A DNA stretch of 64,000 nucleotides, taken from NCBI GenBank assembly GCA_002633005.1, contig NMRA01000725.1, forward strand, positions 1-64,000. Direction: 5' to 3'. Every line of letters starts with the position of its first letter. Position 1 is the stretch's first letter. Of the stretch, positions 13,801 to 28,800 are shown in pieces. Origin of the DNA: Phoronis australis (Eukaryota > Animalia > Phoronida). Made by a program: the position numbers and the translations under genes. The notes under the pieces are model-generated. The model did no database searches, was not told the DNA's origin, and worked only from the letters and a program-made list of their open reading frames with translations.

Positions 13801-16800
13801 TTTGTCTTCCATGGTTCAACTGATAATCATCGACATCGCACAAACAAGAATTCTCTTGACGGTTTTCGCTTGTAACTTCGTAGAAACTCTTGGCTTAATT
13901 ACAAGGCAACCACTAAAACATAGGCGGATACGGGGNNGGGGGGGGGGGTTGGGTCAAGGCAGTCTGGACTTTCCTTTTTCCCTTGATTTTAATGATATCA
14001 AATCTATAGTTTTCAAATAGTTGACTTGGATCCCCTTTTAAAAATCCTGGATCCGCCCCTTAAAAGCAATGAGATCAAACGGTTCAGAGTTCCATCGAGG
14101 ACTTCTGACAACAACTGAAATTCATTGTCTTAGCATAGCTTTGTGCCATGGAGAGGAACAAGAAGAACTTTACTGGGGAACGTTTTCTCAATGTTATTAC
14201 AATTTTTACTGTAGTGGAGTTAGCCATTGTGATGGGGAATTGGAGTTTGTTTGATTGCTTTTTGGATGTACTGAACATTGAGGACGTATGATAAAAATTC
14301 TTCAGTTTGGAACACAATATAACAGACGGATTAATTTTTATTTTGTTAAATTTCTCAGCAATCTGCCAAAAATTCTGGGCAGTCTCTAAAATTTGGGACG
14401 TCAAAGTTCAAGCAGAAATTGATTTTTGTTGATTCCGAAAATTGGTAAATGAGTGACTTTGGCATTCATCAAATACACTGCTTTAATAGTCTCAAAATAA
14501 ACTTGGCAGTTCATAAAATTTTAGAAAATAAATGCCGTTTCAATTTTTTCATGTGTCCATGTAGATGAATGATCTAAATCTTTATTCTTGAATTTGGGAC
14601 TTCTAATGGGTCTATTTCTGCAATTTTGTACAAGCTGCGACCATGAGCAAAATAATAAATATTCACTGTTCCAAAATGGCGAATTTTTATGGTTTATGAC
14701 TTAAAAAATTTTTACTTTGCTTTCAGCCTACTTTTCACAAAACGTGTCACCAAACAACATTTGGTAAAATTTACAGCAATGTGATGAGCTGCAGAACAAT
14801 AGAAACATGCTGACTGAAGTAATAAGTTTTGTCGTAATGAAGAATGTTTACTATAATTAGTAGGGATGTACCGCTAATTGGAGAGGTTATTTCATCCTCA
14901 CTGGTTAGTATTTCTAAAATCTGACCTATTTAACTCACAATATGGCAGACAAGTGAAATTTCATTATCTCATTTTTTTCCAGAAAAGATATGTACCGTCC
15001 GATTTGTGCTCTTCGTAGTGGTAATTCTGTACTATTGCTACCACCAGGCAGTATTTTAAAAATTGTTTGTCATTCTCAATAGCGTTTGAAGCCCTTCAGG
15101 AAAGGTGCCTGTGCCTTTTAAGAGGGGAATCTTTTGGCGGTGAGGAGAAAATTCTACCTCCAATCATCATCATCAATAGCACCCCCCTGCCCCCTCTCCT
15201 GCCCACCCTCTTGCCAAGCCCTCGTAGGCTCCGCCTCAAGCCCTCAAGCAGCCAAAACTAACATTTTGCACTCCGATGTCACCTGTGTTAGTTACAAGTG
15301 ATTCAAACCTCGATTGGGATTTTTCTAACTCTTCGCGTGATTTTTCTAAATTTTTAGAGGGGAAAGTGGCAGAATATTGGGGGATTGAAGGCCTTGCCCT
15401 TGAAAATTTAGAAAATGACAATTTCGGAAATTGTTGTCCAAAAACTGGTGAGGTTGTACCTCTTTAAGGTATTTTCTCTAATTGGTCAAATTTGGCCTTG
15501 TGTTATGTATGGTATCATCCAATTACTCTGTTGTTGCTTTGGCCAGTCTGGAGTATGTATAAGCAGTGCCCCCCATTCCCTCCTCCTCTACCCTCCCACC
15601 TACCACTTATTAAGGAGAAATCCGTCATAGCTAATGAGTTCTTGTGAATTCAGTCATGAAAAATGTTGATATACGTCATCACTTATTTTTTACTTGTTGT
15701 CAAATGATCTTCATGAAATTGGAACTGACGCTCATTTCTGTGGTGAATTAATTTTACATTTTGTTCAAAATTTAATCTAACCAGCAAATATCACAAATCC
15801 TTAGTTATAATTGGCTTGTGGCGTAACTGATTAGAAACCTTCAATGGATTCACTAATTGCATTTAACAAAATGTTCAATATTGCTGTGGAAACAGTTTCT
15901 CAAACTTTCAGGGATTGAAGAGTGTAGTAAAACATCCAGAACCTCTCAGCTGATGAAAAGTTATGTTCATAGATTGTTATTATAATATTGCTATTACGTT
16001 TTTTTTTTTGGTTCTTGTTAATACAAATACATGTATGTTGACTGCCAGAACTTAAAAAAACACCTCTGGGTATCATGTTTGTGTTCTTTCTTTCAGTCAC
16101 ACCAGAGAAACTCGGATCGTGTCCAAAACTGCAAAGTCTTGACCTCAGCTCAAACAACATCGATGTGGTGGCAAACTTGCAGCTCTGTCCCGAATTATGG
16201 TCGATTGATCTCAGCAACAACAAGGTAGTCTTCTGTTGGCCGCTATCTGGCCCCTCCAGACTGTCAATAGGGGGCTGCTGATTATCAATCAGCTGTGATA
16301 GGATATCAACAAAACATTGACTTAACCAAGCACCTGCTGATGAAGTTGTCATCAATGTTGGCATGTCGTTGGTGATTAATTGGCTATTTGCTAATTGAAT
16401 ACTGCTTAAGCGTTTGACGTAGAGAGAGGTGAATGTTCAAGTTTGCAGCCAACTGAGGTGCCATGTCAACCTGTACTGGTGTGTAAACAACTGAAAAGCA
16501 CTTTTTGAACAGATTCTTTTTTGTCTTTGTTTGTCTGCAAGCTCAACGAAAACAGCTCAGGTGTTGAAAGGTTATAGCCTTTTGAGAAAACCTAGAAGCT
16601 GTAATGTTGTGATTAAAGACATTTGTGTTTACTTAGTCACTTGCTTGAAGTAAGGATATAATCAACTTTGGCATGTTGATTTCATGCATTGACAACAAGT
16701 GTCCAACTAAATACTAGTAATGTTGTTCAGGGGGCACAGGCACCTTTCCCTTAGGAGGGCGAGGACCCTGGTGTCCAAGAAAAAATATTCAGGTGTCACT

Positions 16801-19800
16801 GAATATATATCCATGTACTCGACTGTGGGGAAGTGCCCAACAAAAGTTATTCAGATGTTGAGTGTGTTGCTTAACTGGGTTTGACTAAATAGACATAGTG
16901 TTCTCCAGAGTAGACGTAGCGCTTTGGTCCTCTGCAAGGAAACTATCTTTATTCAAGGGATTTTTTTCTGTGCACACCTATGGTAGTTGTGCATAAAATA
17001 TTCATTGATGTACTAAGATAGCTTAACACTGACCAGCGAGTGCTCTAAAACTTATTAGAATTTCTCCCCATTATGTTGTGAATAATACACTGCATTTCAG
17101 AATCTAGTACAACTACAGTGCAAAGCAGCCAGCCAAAGCAACAGTTTTAGTGATATGTGGTTGAGCATAGTGCGACAATGTAGGTCCCAACTGTGGTTTT
17201 ATGTGTTTAGTTGAATTGAAAATTTGTGCAGTTAGCCGTTAAGACCAATCACTAATTGCGTGACATGCTGAGGTAGCAGAAGAAATTGCACATATTTGAA
17301 TGGTACCCCCAAAAATCGAATCAACAAATCACATTAGCCCATACATGTAGATCCGAAAAATTGGCCCATAAATTTGAAGCCTGTGTGGGTCAATTTACTC
17401 TATGTTTTTCTTAAATCATCTCTGCCATTCATTGCTGAACTGTTGTTAATTATTGTTTGAACAACACAGTGTATGGCAAATTTGATTTTCTCTTCTGAAC
17501 AGAATATCAAGTATTTGCTACACTGAGTCAACAGAAGTGCTTTGATATCACCAAACTTGTTCTTTCTGGAAATCTATACACTGGCACTGTGCATTTCCTG
17601 TGGTTTAGATGCAACTGGGATAGAATTTCATTCCAGCAATTATTTGCATTTCTCTGTGTATACCAATTGCCTGGTTAAAACCTCTTCAAATCCTCTGGTA
17701 ATTGATAGAACCCCTAGAAACTGTTTGCTGATGGATTGAGGATTTCCAGTGATCTTAGCAGGGATTAGGCTGTATTCATGGCCAGTTGACAAGGCCTGCT
17801 ATTTCTTATTGATTTCATCTGTGGCTTGTGCGTCTTGAATTTGTACCTTAATTTACCACTGAATATGTTTTACCTTATTTTCCAACGACAATACTTGTCA
17901 CTGTTGTTTGCTAGGTCGTGTGAATATAACATACTAAGGGTAGGTCTAGTTTACAGCATTTATCAGGGTTAATGCCTAAGCGCTAAAATGAGGGACCCAA
18001 AAGCATAGGGTGGACATTGGGGTTATTTAGGACCCTATTAATTTCTTAAAGGGCCCCAATTTGGGTAACTTTGGAACATTTTATCTCAGAAATTGCTGAC
18101 TGGATTCATATTAAATTTTCAGATATTACAATGGTGTATGCACTGTTCTCTAATCGCGCGGTAGAAATTGTTTTTTTTAAAGTTCTTTTTTGCATTATAT
18201 GTATATCAAAAATAAGAGATTTTCAAACTAAAAATTGCATAAAACGGTCATTTAGAAAGCTGCGTAACAGTGTTTTTGATATTTCACCTGAAACTTTTAG
18301 TATTCAAACGAAGTTTGGTCAGATTGTATTACGTAGTGTTTTGCCATTACCGAGCAGAAACCAAGATGGAATTAAATGTATCTGAGAAGTACAGTGATGA
18401 GGGGACCATACTGTGCCCTGTAATAGTTAGAAGGGCCTATGTTCCTAAGTTACTCAACATGATTATTTCTGTAGCCAGTTATGAGCCAGAATAATTCAGA
18501 GCCATCTAGTGTCTGCTATGTTACTTGTCTATGCCATACCATGAACAGTGTGCGTGTTGCAAATTGTGGAAAGTGTGGTTTAATTATTGAAATATTTTGC
18601 ACGTTTGGATAATTGTTGTATTCACTCTTATCTCTCAGATTAACAACCTCGAGGGATTGAACCGGTTTGTTGCCCTTGGTAACCTTGTTCTGTCCAATAA
18701 CAACTTGTCCTGGTCAGAACTCGCCAAGATTCAACATATACACATCCTTAATCTGAGTCTCCATGGCAACAAGAACCTGCAAAAAGATCCTTACTGTAAG
18801 TCAAATGTTCTCACTCTACCAGAAAATCAGAATCTTTTGTGTTTTTGCTACCTAACTTCAATATAAAAAAGACTATTTTTCAGAATGCAGACATTTTTTG
18901 ATATTGTGGTAAAAAGTCTTCAGTTTGGGATACTAAATGGCTGACAGGTGAAATTTAATTACGTCAAATTTCTTAAGAAAAGTAACTTCTCAAGAAAACT
19001 CACTTTGCTTTTAGCATGGTTTTTACGGTTTAGCTTTTACCGAACAACATTTGACAAAAGGTTGAGCATGTGCGACAATGCAGCACGCTTCTGAAAAATA
19101 GTAATCTGGCAATTTTAGCATTATTCTTTTTGTCCTGAATTGAACACTTTACTGTAATACTACTTTCAAATTCTGCAAGTTGTTAAGGTTTTCTTCCTCA
19201 AAAATGACCATGAAGCCTCTTGGCAAACCTGAGATAGTTATTAATAACACAGATCCATTTTTCAGTGCGGTAACCCACTAGCGTGTTATCAATCTTTTAT
19301 TTGGAGCCGGTACGTTGTCATTGTAAATAACAATTCCCTGTCTGGTGAATTTGTGCCTAGCTCCTACATTTGTACTAGTTGCATAGTGCTTCTCTTTGCC
19401 ATCTGTAATGTTTTGCAAAATCTAATATAGAGGTTGATGCAAAAACCCCTAATTATGTAAATTATATAATTATATGAATTGTGTAATTGTAGGAGCTCAA
19501 GTGGTTGCTTAGTGATTTCATACTGTGCCATTCAAACAGTGAAGTACTGTGAGATTTTTATCTTCATTTCTCTTGACCTATTCATTCATTTGTTGACCCG
19601 CTATCTGCTTTCAGACCGTATTCACGTAGTAGACTGCCTCCCCAATGTCTGGATGCTGGATGGACGATTCATATCCTGTACGTGATACACTTTGTATTTT
19701 ATCTTGACGTTTAGTCGAATTTTTGTGCGGATCTTGTACTGTATCTGTTTTCAATCTCTGTTCGCGTTTAAGTTTTCATGAAATAGTCTTATCGTTCTCA

Positions 19801-22800
19801 GAATCACATTCTGATATCATAGGCTGCTGATTTTTTGGGAATTTCCCTTATAAGGCCAAAATAGCATAGGCAGTGCCTTCCGCTTTTTGAAACCTGCGCC
19901 TCACATCGTGTTTCCGGTGACCGTGAGAATTGGTGATTTACATCATAAAATCACTTTAATTACACTACTGGTTTTGCTGAGCATTGGACAAAGCTTTTAA
20001 CTTCAAAAAGTCTACAACATGTAACAATAATAAAAAAACACTTAATAAAAGTATATAAACTCACAGCAAAAAAATTAAAGGAATCACTGAGAGTTTGTCT
20101 CAGCCACAGCTGATTAGCTTTCATCAATCCCAAAATAGGTTTTGTTTTTCGGGAGTAAAAATGACAATGTTCCTTTAACCCATGTTTGTCTTCTGTCACC
20201 ATGACGATGGGGGTACTTAGGTAAAACATTTGCCCTGTATGAAGACTTTTATAACAACTTAGATGATATTAATGCTTATGTCTGCCTGGAGCTGGAGTCG
20301 TTTCCCTGGATGTGTCGATTTGCTTCATTGGTAAGTGTTTTCTATCATTATATCTAGTCCAAACCCTTGATTTCATACACCGTTCATTTCTGTAAAAGCG
20401 TGAATTTTAATCGTTTAATGAATACAAATCTCCACTTTTATTTAGCGGCCGAACGCCTGCAAGTGGAACATTTCTTCAGCGACTCTGCGTTCTCTGATCA
20501 TCCAGTGGTATGTTTCCTTCATATATAATTACTTTGGAGCATATAGTGTAACCATTGTACTTTAATACACTGGTATTTGACTTAGATTTTGTTGATCGCT
20601 GGCTGGATCACCCCATCAGTAGTGTGCAGAAAGGGGGTTCAACAGGGCGACGGCTCTGGGCATCCTCATTCAGAGGGCGTCTAATCGCTATGTATGTATA
20701 TAAACTTCTTGGAATTGTGACTAATTTGAAGTTAAATTGAATAACTGAAGTTTCTATTTCTTGTTTCATCTTTTTTAATTTTCTTAGTATTAGGGTTTAA
20801 TTTTCTTAGTATTAGGGTACTTGGATTTGAGTAGAGAGAGGGATATCCAATAAAAAAATCACCCCAGACATCATCAAACCTTTGCACACTACTGTACCCA
20901 AATACTATTGCTTAATTTAGGACACCTAAATCCAACCCTAAACTGAATTTTTTTGATTCTGAAATTTTGGACATGGTAGAATGTGGCATTCCCCGTATAT
21001 CTCAAATTTCAGGCACCTCGATTTTAGCGGCATTAGCCGTAATTGTCACGTTTGGGACAGTGCGCTTTTTCGCGTGATCGGGAGCTTAATATAAGTCTGG
21101 AAGTTCAAAATATTTTTTTCACTGTCCTAAATTCGGGAATTCTTACCGTATGAATCTGTCAGTGTACACAATATTCCAATGCAGACTTGAAGTTAGATGA
21201 TGTCAGCCGAACCACAATTTGGTCTGTACTCCGACATCTTAAACATGGCCACACTCATCATGGAAAACCAGGAGCATGTCCGAAATAATTTCCAGGCATG
21301 GAAAATTTAAGGAGAATAAGAAAGCCAACTCTCGTGGAAAACTTTTTGAATAATAAGTTCCATAAAATCATTTTCCCTGAAGCATATTGTGCATTCATAG
21401 GTTCAGTCATATGCGCCACCAATGTTTGCTTTCGTGGAGAAAAGGTCAGAGAAAATGAAAACTATTCTGGAAAAGTCACGGATAGTGAAAATTATATCCT
21501 GGAAGTTAAGCATGATTAAGATTGTATCTTGGAAAAATCATGGAATATTAAAATTGGATCCTCGATATGTCATGGAAAGTGACATCATATATGAGTGTCC
21601 ACATTATTCTGCTGTATGGAGCCTTGTCGAAACTAGGTCAGGGTCAGAGTTGAAGCCTTATTGTTGTATTGCTTCACAATCAACTCTTGAAGGTTTTACA
21701 CTTTTTTAGTGTTTTTAATGAAATATATTATTTTCAACAGAGGCATAAGTTGAAAGTAAAGGGATTTACTCCTTCAAACCTCAAAAAAATCGAAGTCACC
21801 GGAGTATTTGGTGAACGGGTGAGTGAAACTATTTTGTCTTCTTTCATTATTGAACTTATTGTTTATTGTATGTGACTAAAACTTGGGCTTTTGGAGTATT
21901 TGATCTGCCGGAGATGACCAAGGCACGGGGCCTAATCTTTATACTTAAATTCAAACTCTGAAATATTTTTGCCATTTTCCGTTCTAATTTAAGACAAACT
22001 CGGTATAAGTTTTTGAAATTCTGTGCTCCAGTATGCAATGGTTTATCTGTGTGACTGTCTAATACTAGTTGGCTCTTGATTACCACGGCATTACTTGAGG
22101 TTGTAGGTCGAATCTAGAGGTCATCAAGTACAAACTAGGACTCGTGTGTAACCCATAACGTACTCTTGGGTGCAGCGTTATAGACGCTTAACTTGAGTTT
22201 GCATTAAAAGTAGAATGAAAAATGTCCAAAATATTTTTGATGTCGAGTACAAAGATTAGAAACTGAGCCCAGAAGGAATGAAAAAAATCATTTTTGACCT
22301 AAATTGGAGTAACATTGTGAAATGTGTGTCGTGACTTCGTAGACAAATTTGTGAAACGTCGATTTAACATTCTCATAGTCATAACTTCAGCCATTGGCCT
22401 CTGAAATGCAAAAGCAGACTGTGGAACCAAAATTAGGGTGTTTCCGACACACGTGCTGATTTTTGTGTAGTCATCAATAGTGATGTCATTATTGTTTTAT
22501 CGTTTCCTGTAAGTAATTGTTATTACCTCAGTGGAAGTGTTATGTTGTTTAGAGACACTGTGATTAACCATACTTGAGATTTGGTTGAGGATCCAGAATT
22601 AATTTCAATGTATTTACTATCTGTTCCACTGCAGACCACCCACTTGATGACTAGATTCCCCACAAATGGTGCTCTAAACATAGGTGAGGAGACTTAACTT
22701 AAACAAAATACACTGGTATCTTTAGTGCCGTCCACGCACAGACTTACCCCTGGAACGAGTCGTCACTTGGTTTGGGGGCTGTTCGTTGTCATGCACACAG

Positions 22801-25800
22801 CGACAACTTTGCCTTGCACTAGTTATTGGATGTGTATATGTGCATGAGTAAGTGTGAATGCTCCACTTAAAGTGGGGCAAGTTGCACTAGTTCAAATTGT
22901 TCTAGGTTAAGTCTGCATGTGGACGGGACTTATGTATGTAATAATAATTGTAAATCAATCGTGTCTTCCCTTCACAATATGACATCAGACATACACTGAT
23001 CTGATGAGTGCATAGGTGGTTCGGGGATGACCCACGGCCACTGATGCTGGCGGCGACCAATAAAGGACCATGGTATTTAACCCTTTTAAGGATATTTCGA
23101 AATCTGTCGTTTTGGTATAGTAATTGGGGCTCCCTTTGTGAAATTGTGAAGTTGTCACAATGTCACCAACATGTAATTGTAATGTGACATAGCTGTTAGA
23201 TTATTATGTAAATTCACTAGATGTCTCAGAAAATTTCCACTGTCTAATGCTGAAAGTGACTATAAATCCGACTTCCATCACAAAAATCAACACTTCAGAT
23301 TGAGACCATTTACCGGGTTATAAAGTACGCCTCAAATTGTTCCTTAGTCAAATTACGGGTGATTTCAGGGCTTTCAAAGAACTGACGTCATTATATGCGC
23401 AAGTATGGTCTCGACTGACGTCATTTTTTGCAAACCCAGAAATCACTTCTCATTTGAGTTAGGGGCTGAGAACATTTTTATAGCGAACTTCTTGAACACT
23501 GGTTTTATTGCCACTTTAAATGTGAGAGGTCTCCAATACCTCCGAATTCTCTTAATAAGTCTTCGTCTTAATGTTTGGCAATGTTGATTGTTTAGAAATT
23601 GACCATCGACGGATGAAGTACTTGGCATTTAATCTGCAAGAAGATCTCAAGCTGGTTGACAGGTGTTTGAATCTGTAAGTTATTATATTAACCACATTGT
23701 TCATTAAGTGATATTTTTGTATTCCTGTTTTTTTATTAGCACAGCCCCAGAAATCGCGTTTTAGCACACCTCCTGAAATCACTTTGAATATTTATCTCCA
23801 GGTTCTCATTCACTCCCTTGCATTCATTCACTATTGACACCGTTGGTTAAAATATTAATCTGTACTATAAAATATTGTAATAAGATAATTATTGTATGCA
23901 GTTTGATTATTTATAACATGTTTTGTTGTTTCTTGATTATGGCTTTTCAAAATAAACGGGTACACATTCTGTCAACTTTCTTTACCTTCGCTGTACCAAA
24001 TGGTTTCTCTCTGTCTCAACAGCAAGTTGAAACTGTTGAAGCACAGTCCAGAGTTCTTGGAAAGCGTCATCGATAACCGTGATGCCGAGCGGGAAAAATG
24101 TAACATGCTGCTGCTCCTCCTGGTGGTAAGTGGCAGTGTTTTTTTGATTTAACTTGCTGTTATCGGAGTATTCGGCTCCTTCTTATAGGGGTCTGAAAGA
24201 CTGTTTTTCACAATTTCTATTAACTCAAGACACACACTCTTTGGCGTTGATGTTAACTATGAAATTTCTCAAATTTTGAATTAAATTTTGGTGACTACCT
24301 GTTGATTTTCATATGTGCTTTGTTCACTTTGCATGAACACGTGCAAAGTGATTTTTTTGTTGTAAAGTGTAATTCATGAATTTCAACTTTAGTTACAAAA
24401 TCAATATTTTATTGTGTAAGGTATTAAGTTGAAGCGCAAATAATGTTTTTCTGGATAATCATTTGTTTTAAATTTGCAAATTAAAAATCTTATTTACACT
24501 TCCAAAAAAACTGATAGTGTATTAATTTCATTTTGCCAACAGGCGTCGCTAGAGTTTGCGCTTCCTGCCCAGTTAGTCAAGGCAACACTGGAAGTTGCCA
24601 AGCTGGACAAGATTAGGTAAGAACAAATTTCAGACAATAAAACGGGTTCATAGCAAACTTTGAAAGGTCATACTGTCTCTTAGTTGATAGTCAAGTCAAC
24701 AATGCTGTAAGTGATGTTCAGCTTAGACCTGAGTCTGCCATTTGACTGTCTGGATCTTTTAGTCTACTTACCTGTTGATATCAGTGGTTGAGGCTTTTAG
24801 GTATTTAGCCAGGATTTTGTGCTGCGTTTTGTGGCAAGTTCTGCTTCAAGTATGACTGACCTGCTTCAGTGGTGTTATAATTATAAAGTAACTGTCATTC
24901 ATTGTAAGTTCAGCATTACACAATGCTGAATTAGCTTCAATATAGTGAGTGACTTCAAATTCCGTGGTTTATTTGGCTCAGTCATTTGTGTTTTCTACTG
25001 GTTGAAATGAATCGTTTCTTTCAGTAATGCCAGTACCATTGAGTTGTTTCTCCTTCCCAAGAGGTGGCGCTGCATGCTAGCATGTGTCTTACTAGGTGCT
25101 GTCAAATTGGACCGTGACAAAGAGATTGTAAGTTGTTTATTTTTCCTTAGTAATACATAACTATTGAAAGTTGTTACCAATTTGATTACTTTGAAATTCT
25201 TAAAAATCAAGCTATCTTTTTCATACCAACAAAATTTCTTTGCATTTCATATCACTATAGAGAAAAGCTTTGAACACTCACTGATCTTCAGTTCTCGCAG
25301 TTAAATTTCATTCTCGTGTAATACTGTATTCACCCTGATTAACGCCGAGGGCGTATTAATTCAAAATCACTGGAAATTTACGCATTTACGCAAACTGCTG
25401 TGGAGTTGGTTGAAGTAAGACATTTGGGCAAGCACCGAGGTATGGTGGTTTAAGGAGTCAAAAGCCTTGACTGCATGAATTAAGCATGGACGTATAACCA
25501 TATGTGGGTGTTTAATAGTGAAAACTTGGAATGCAAGGGAGTGGGTGTTAAGCAGTACACACTAGGTGTTAATCAGTGTAGTAGGACCAGTGAAATGTCT
25601 TGAGCACCAGCTGATTAATATTCAAAGGTATACCTATATTTCAATTCTTGCTGTTGTGTATTCGGAACAAACTTATATTTGAAAAGTGTATTTGCTTGGA
25701 ATGCTTCAATTTCTTGTTTTATTCCCTTGTTTCATGGTAATTGTTGTGCTCTTTGCAGGAGGGGGGTCTGTATAGCCGTCTCTATCTCTGTCTCTACCAC

Positions 25801-28800
25801 ATTGTTTCTGAACTGGCCAAACTGTGCAATGCTGATCAAGCGACAAGAGAAAACTACCAGCCGACTAACCCCACGTAAGGCGTACTTTGCATCTAATATT
25901 GAGTGAATTTCTTGAGACACAATCGAATACCTACAATAAATTGAACACTTTCGGCCGTCAATGGTTACAGTCATCCTCAGAATGATGGTTAGATGGACTT
26001 GTAGTCTTATGATGAAGTTCCCGCCTTGGGCTACGGACTATAATGTCATAAATGTCAGAAAGAGGGTACTTACCTGCGTCATGGTTCATGATCCTGTAGC
26101 CTGTTTCTTAATAAAAGGGCTTTCTTGATGGATTGTGTCTTGCAAAAATAGCCTGATCTTTAAAACGCAGGCGGATAAAATTATAGAGGTGTTGCGTAGC
26201 TTATGTAATGGCCTCAAGTGGCAAGTGGGACGGAAATCTCGTAGCAATTCTAAGTGACATGACTGAGGGTACTAAACCTAATTTGTTTGATAAATCTAGC
26301 CACAGAAACAATCTGGGAAATCCACGCACTCTGTGATGTAACCGTATACTAGCATTAGAAAGTTGAAAATCCTAATATTGAGATTTTTAGATAAATTGGC
26401 TATTCCTTTGGACATCGTGTTTCATATCATGGTGAGAGTCGAATGTTTTGATATAACTTTACAATCCTGACAAAAAGTTAAGTCACGAAATAAGGCAAAG
26501 TGAAAGTAAAGTTTATGGACTGATTCTTAAATGTTTAAGGCAGCGCCGATTTTGTGTAAATCTGACGACTGGATTATCAAATAACTCTATCATGTATTGA
26601 ACTTAGGTCATTTATTTTTGTAATTTTTTATTCTCCATGTTGTAGGTACAAAGACTACCGTTGTTTACTGGCGTCAGAGATTGTACAGCTGCTGTGTATA
26701 GTGCCAACCTTCTACCAATACTTAACCCATGACACAGGTCAGCATTCAAAATATCCGTTATTCACTGACTGAGGCTCTTCCTGAAATTGAATACCATTTA
26801 ATATTGTTTGAATACCATTTGATATTGTTGTACTACGATCGTAATTCATATTAGGTTCATGTTTCTTACCTAAGCAAAATAAGACATTGAAGGTTAATAC
26901 ATAACTCGTTATTTATCTTTGCTAGTCAACACTTCTGCATAAAAGGTATTGATTAATTTTGAGGAAATATTTTGAACAGGACGGGTCCCCATGAAATGTC
27001 TGTTTAGCAGGTGCTGGTGACACCAGATAAACCGTCGATGCATTCTCCCTGAGAGCTGTATTTTGCCCGGTTTAGCTGGCGAAAAGTGAAAATTGAACTA
27101 AATCTTTTACTTACGATCTCATAACATAGGATTCTATTTCCGTTACTAACAAGAACACAGAAACCATTATCGACTCAAGACATCGCTTCAGAGTTAATTG
27201 GGGTTGACCTAAATTGGGGATTTAAATATGGTCGTGTACGAGCTGCTCTGACTTGAGTTGCTGACTCAGTCAACAATAATTCAAGTTCAGATGAGTGGGG
27301 AAACCTTGAAGCACTTTTGATAATAATTGAACATTGACAGCTAAACAGGCAAAGTTCAGCTTTAGTGTTTTTCCAGTTTGTCTTATTATTCAAAAGGGAC
27401 TGCTGTCTCTGAATGCTTTCTAAATGATTTTTGTATGGACCGAACTGTTCAGTAGATTTTCTTGTCATTTTTCTTTCCTTGTGTAACATTTAATTTATTG
27501 TTCTGGTTTTGGTGACCTACAAAATTTTATAAAATGTGTCTTAAGTGTCAAATATGTAATCTCTTTGTTTTCAGGTGTGATGAATCTGGTATGCTTAGCA
27601 ACAGATGATTATGAGATCATCGACAAAGTGTCCCTACTGATGGAGGCCATGACAGCTGAAGATGGCTCGATCAAGGCGATGTATGAGACCATCGGGGACT
27701 TTGTGCTCAAGAAATCCCAAGATAATGCCCAATCGCTCTTCCACAGGACAAAACCCCCACCGGCGTCACTGAAAACGGATACTCTGGAGGTAATATTTAT
27801 ATGGTGGTGCAATACCATTTTAATGTTCGACGTTCTTATTGGACAAGGTGTAACATGGATGTTTATCAGCTCGTTGTTTTTTGATGTCTTTCAAAAAGAT
27901 GATTTACCCTGTTTTAGCCTGCTCAATTAAGTACCACCAGGACTCGGGTTTAGTACAAAGTAGCTAGTTTACTTGGGGCGTGCCATGTGATTGGTCAATT
28001 TTCGAGTTGTGATTACATGTCTCACAATTGAACATTAGTTGGTCTCACTTGTCTTGCTTTTGATCGGTGCTTGTGGACACTGTAGCTATAAGTGACACGG
28101 CTGTCCTTCTGTTTACAGTTCCACTCCCAGAGGGCGCTGCCCAGACGTCCCCAGTCCAGTCCTGTTCACCGGGCAGTGTACCACACAGCAGGGCTAAAGA
28201 GTCCAGACAAGTTCCCGCCCCGTGTGGTTCCCATCAAGGTGGTCAAACAGCGAGCCCCTTGTAAGTTATAAACTGTGCAAATTAATGAACCGGTGAGAAT
28301 GAGCATTCAAGATGTGTACCGGGGTAATTTAATTTATATCCTGGCAATAGCTCTGTTGCAATAAGTAGTATACTTGCGACATCTAGGAATAGATTTCTTA
28401 TGATCAAATTCTCAGTCAGTGTGTCATGCTATGAATGCCTCTTGATGACAATGACCCTATTGAATAATGTTCTTGAAATGTCAAATTAGTCATTGTGAAA
28501 ACAAAGCATCTTTTGAATCACCCTGTATTTTAATTTAGAGAAGGTTTGAAAAGTGTTTTACTACTCTTATTTACAGTACATGACAAAAGTAATCAGACAA
28601 ATGGCATTCCCTGCCATGACTGGCAATTCTGTTTACAGCAGAAATGACTGTCTGGTAATGGCTGCTATGACACCAATATTCTAATTACAAAATGACTTTC
28701 CCACCTTACCAACTTTCCCACTAAGCTCTCTTGGTTATCGGTCATGAGGGAGGGCTACCTTGACCACGAATTTCGACTGGACTTCAGGTTGGGGAATTGT

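Noticed and set aside
14983-15020. Candidate start exon MYRPICALRS (phase 1, joins exon 3)
   Set aside because: Exons 10804-10821 and 10908-10977 give a better N-terminus that completes an LRR and have an X-box upstream. It could at most be a minor alternative.
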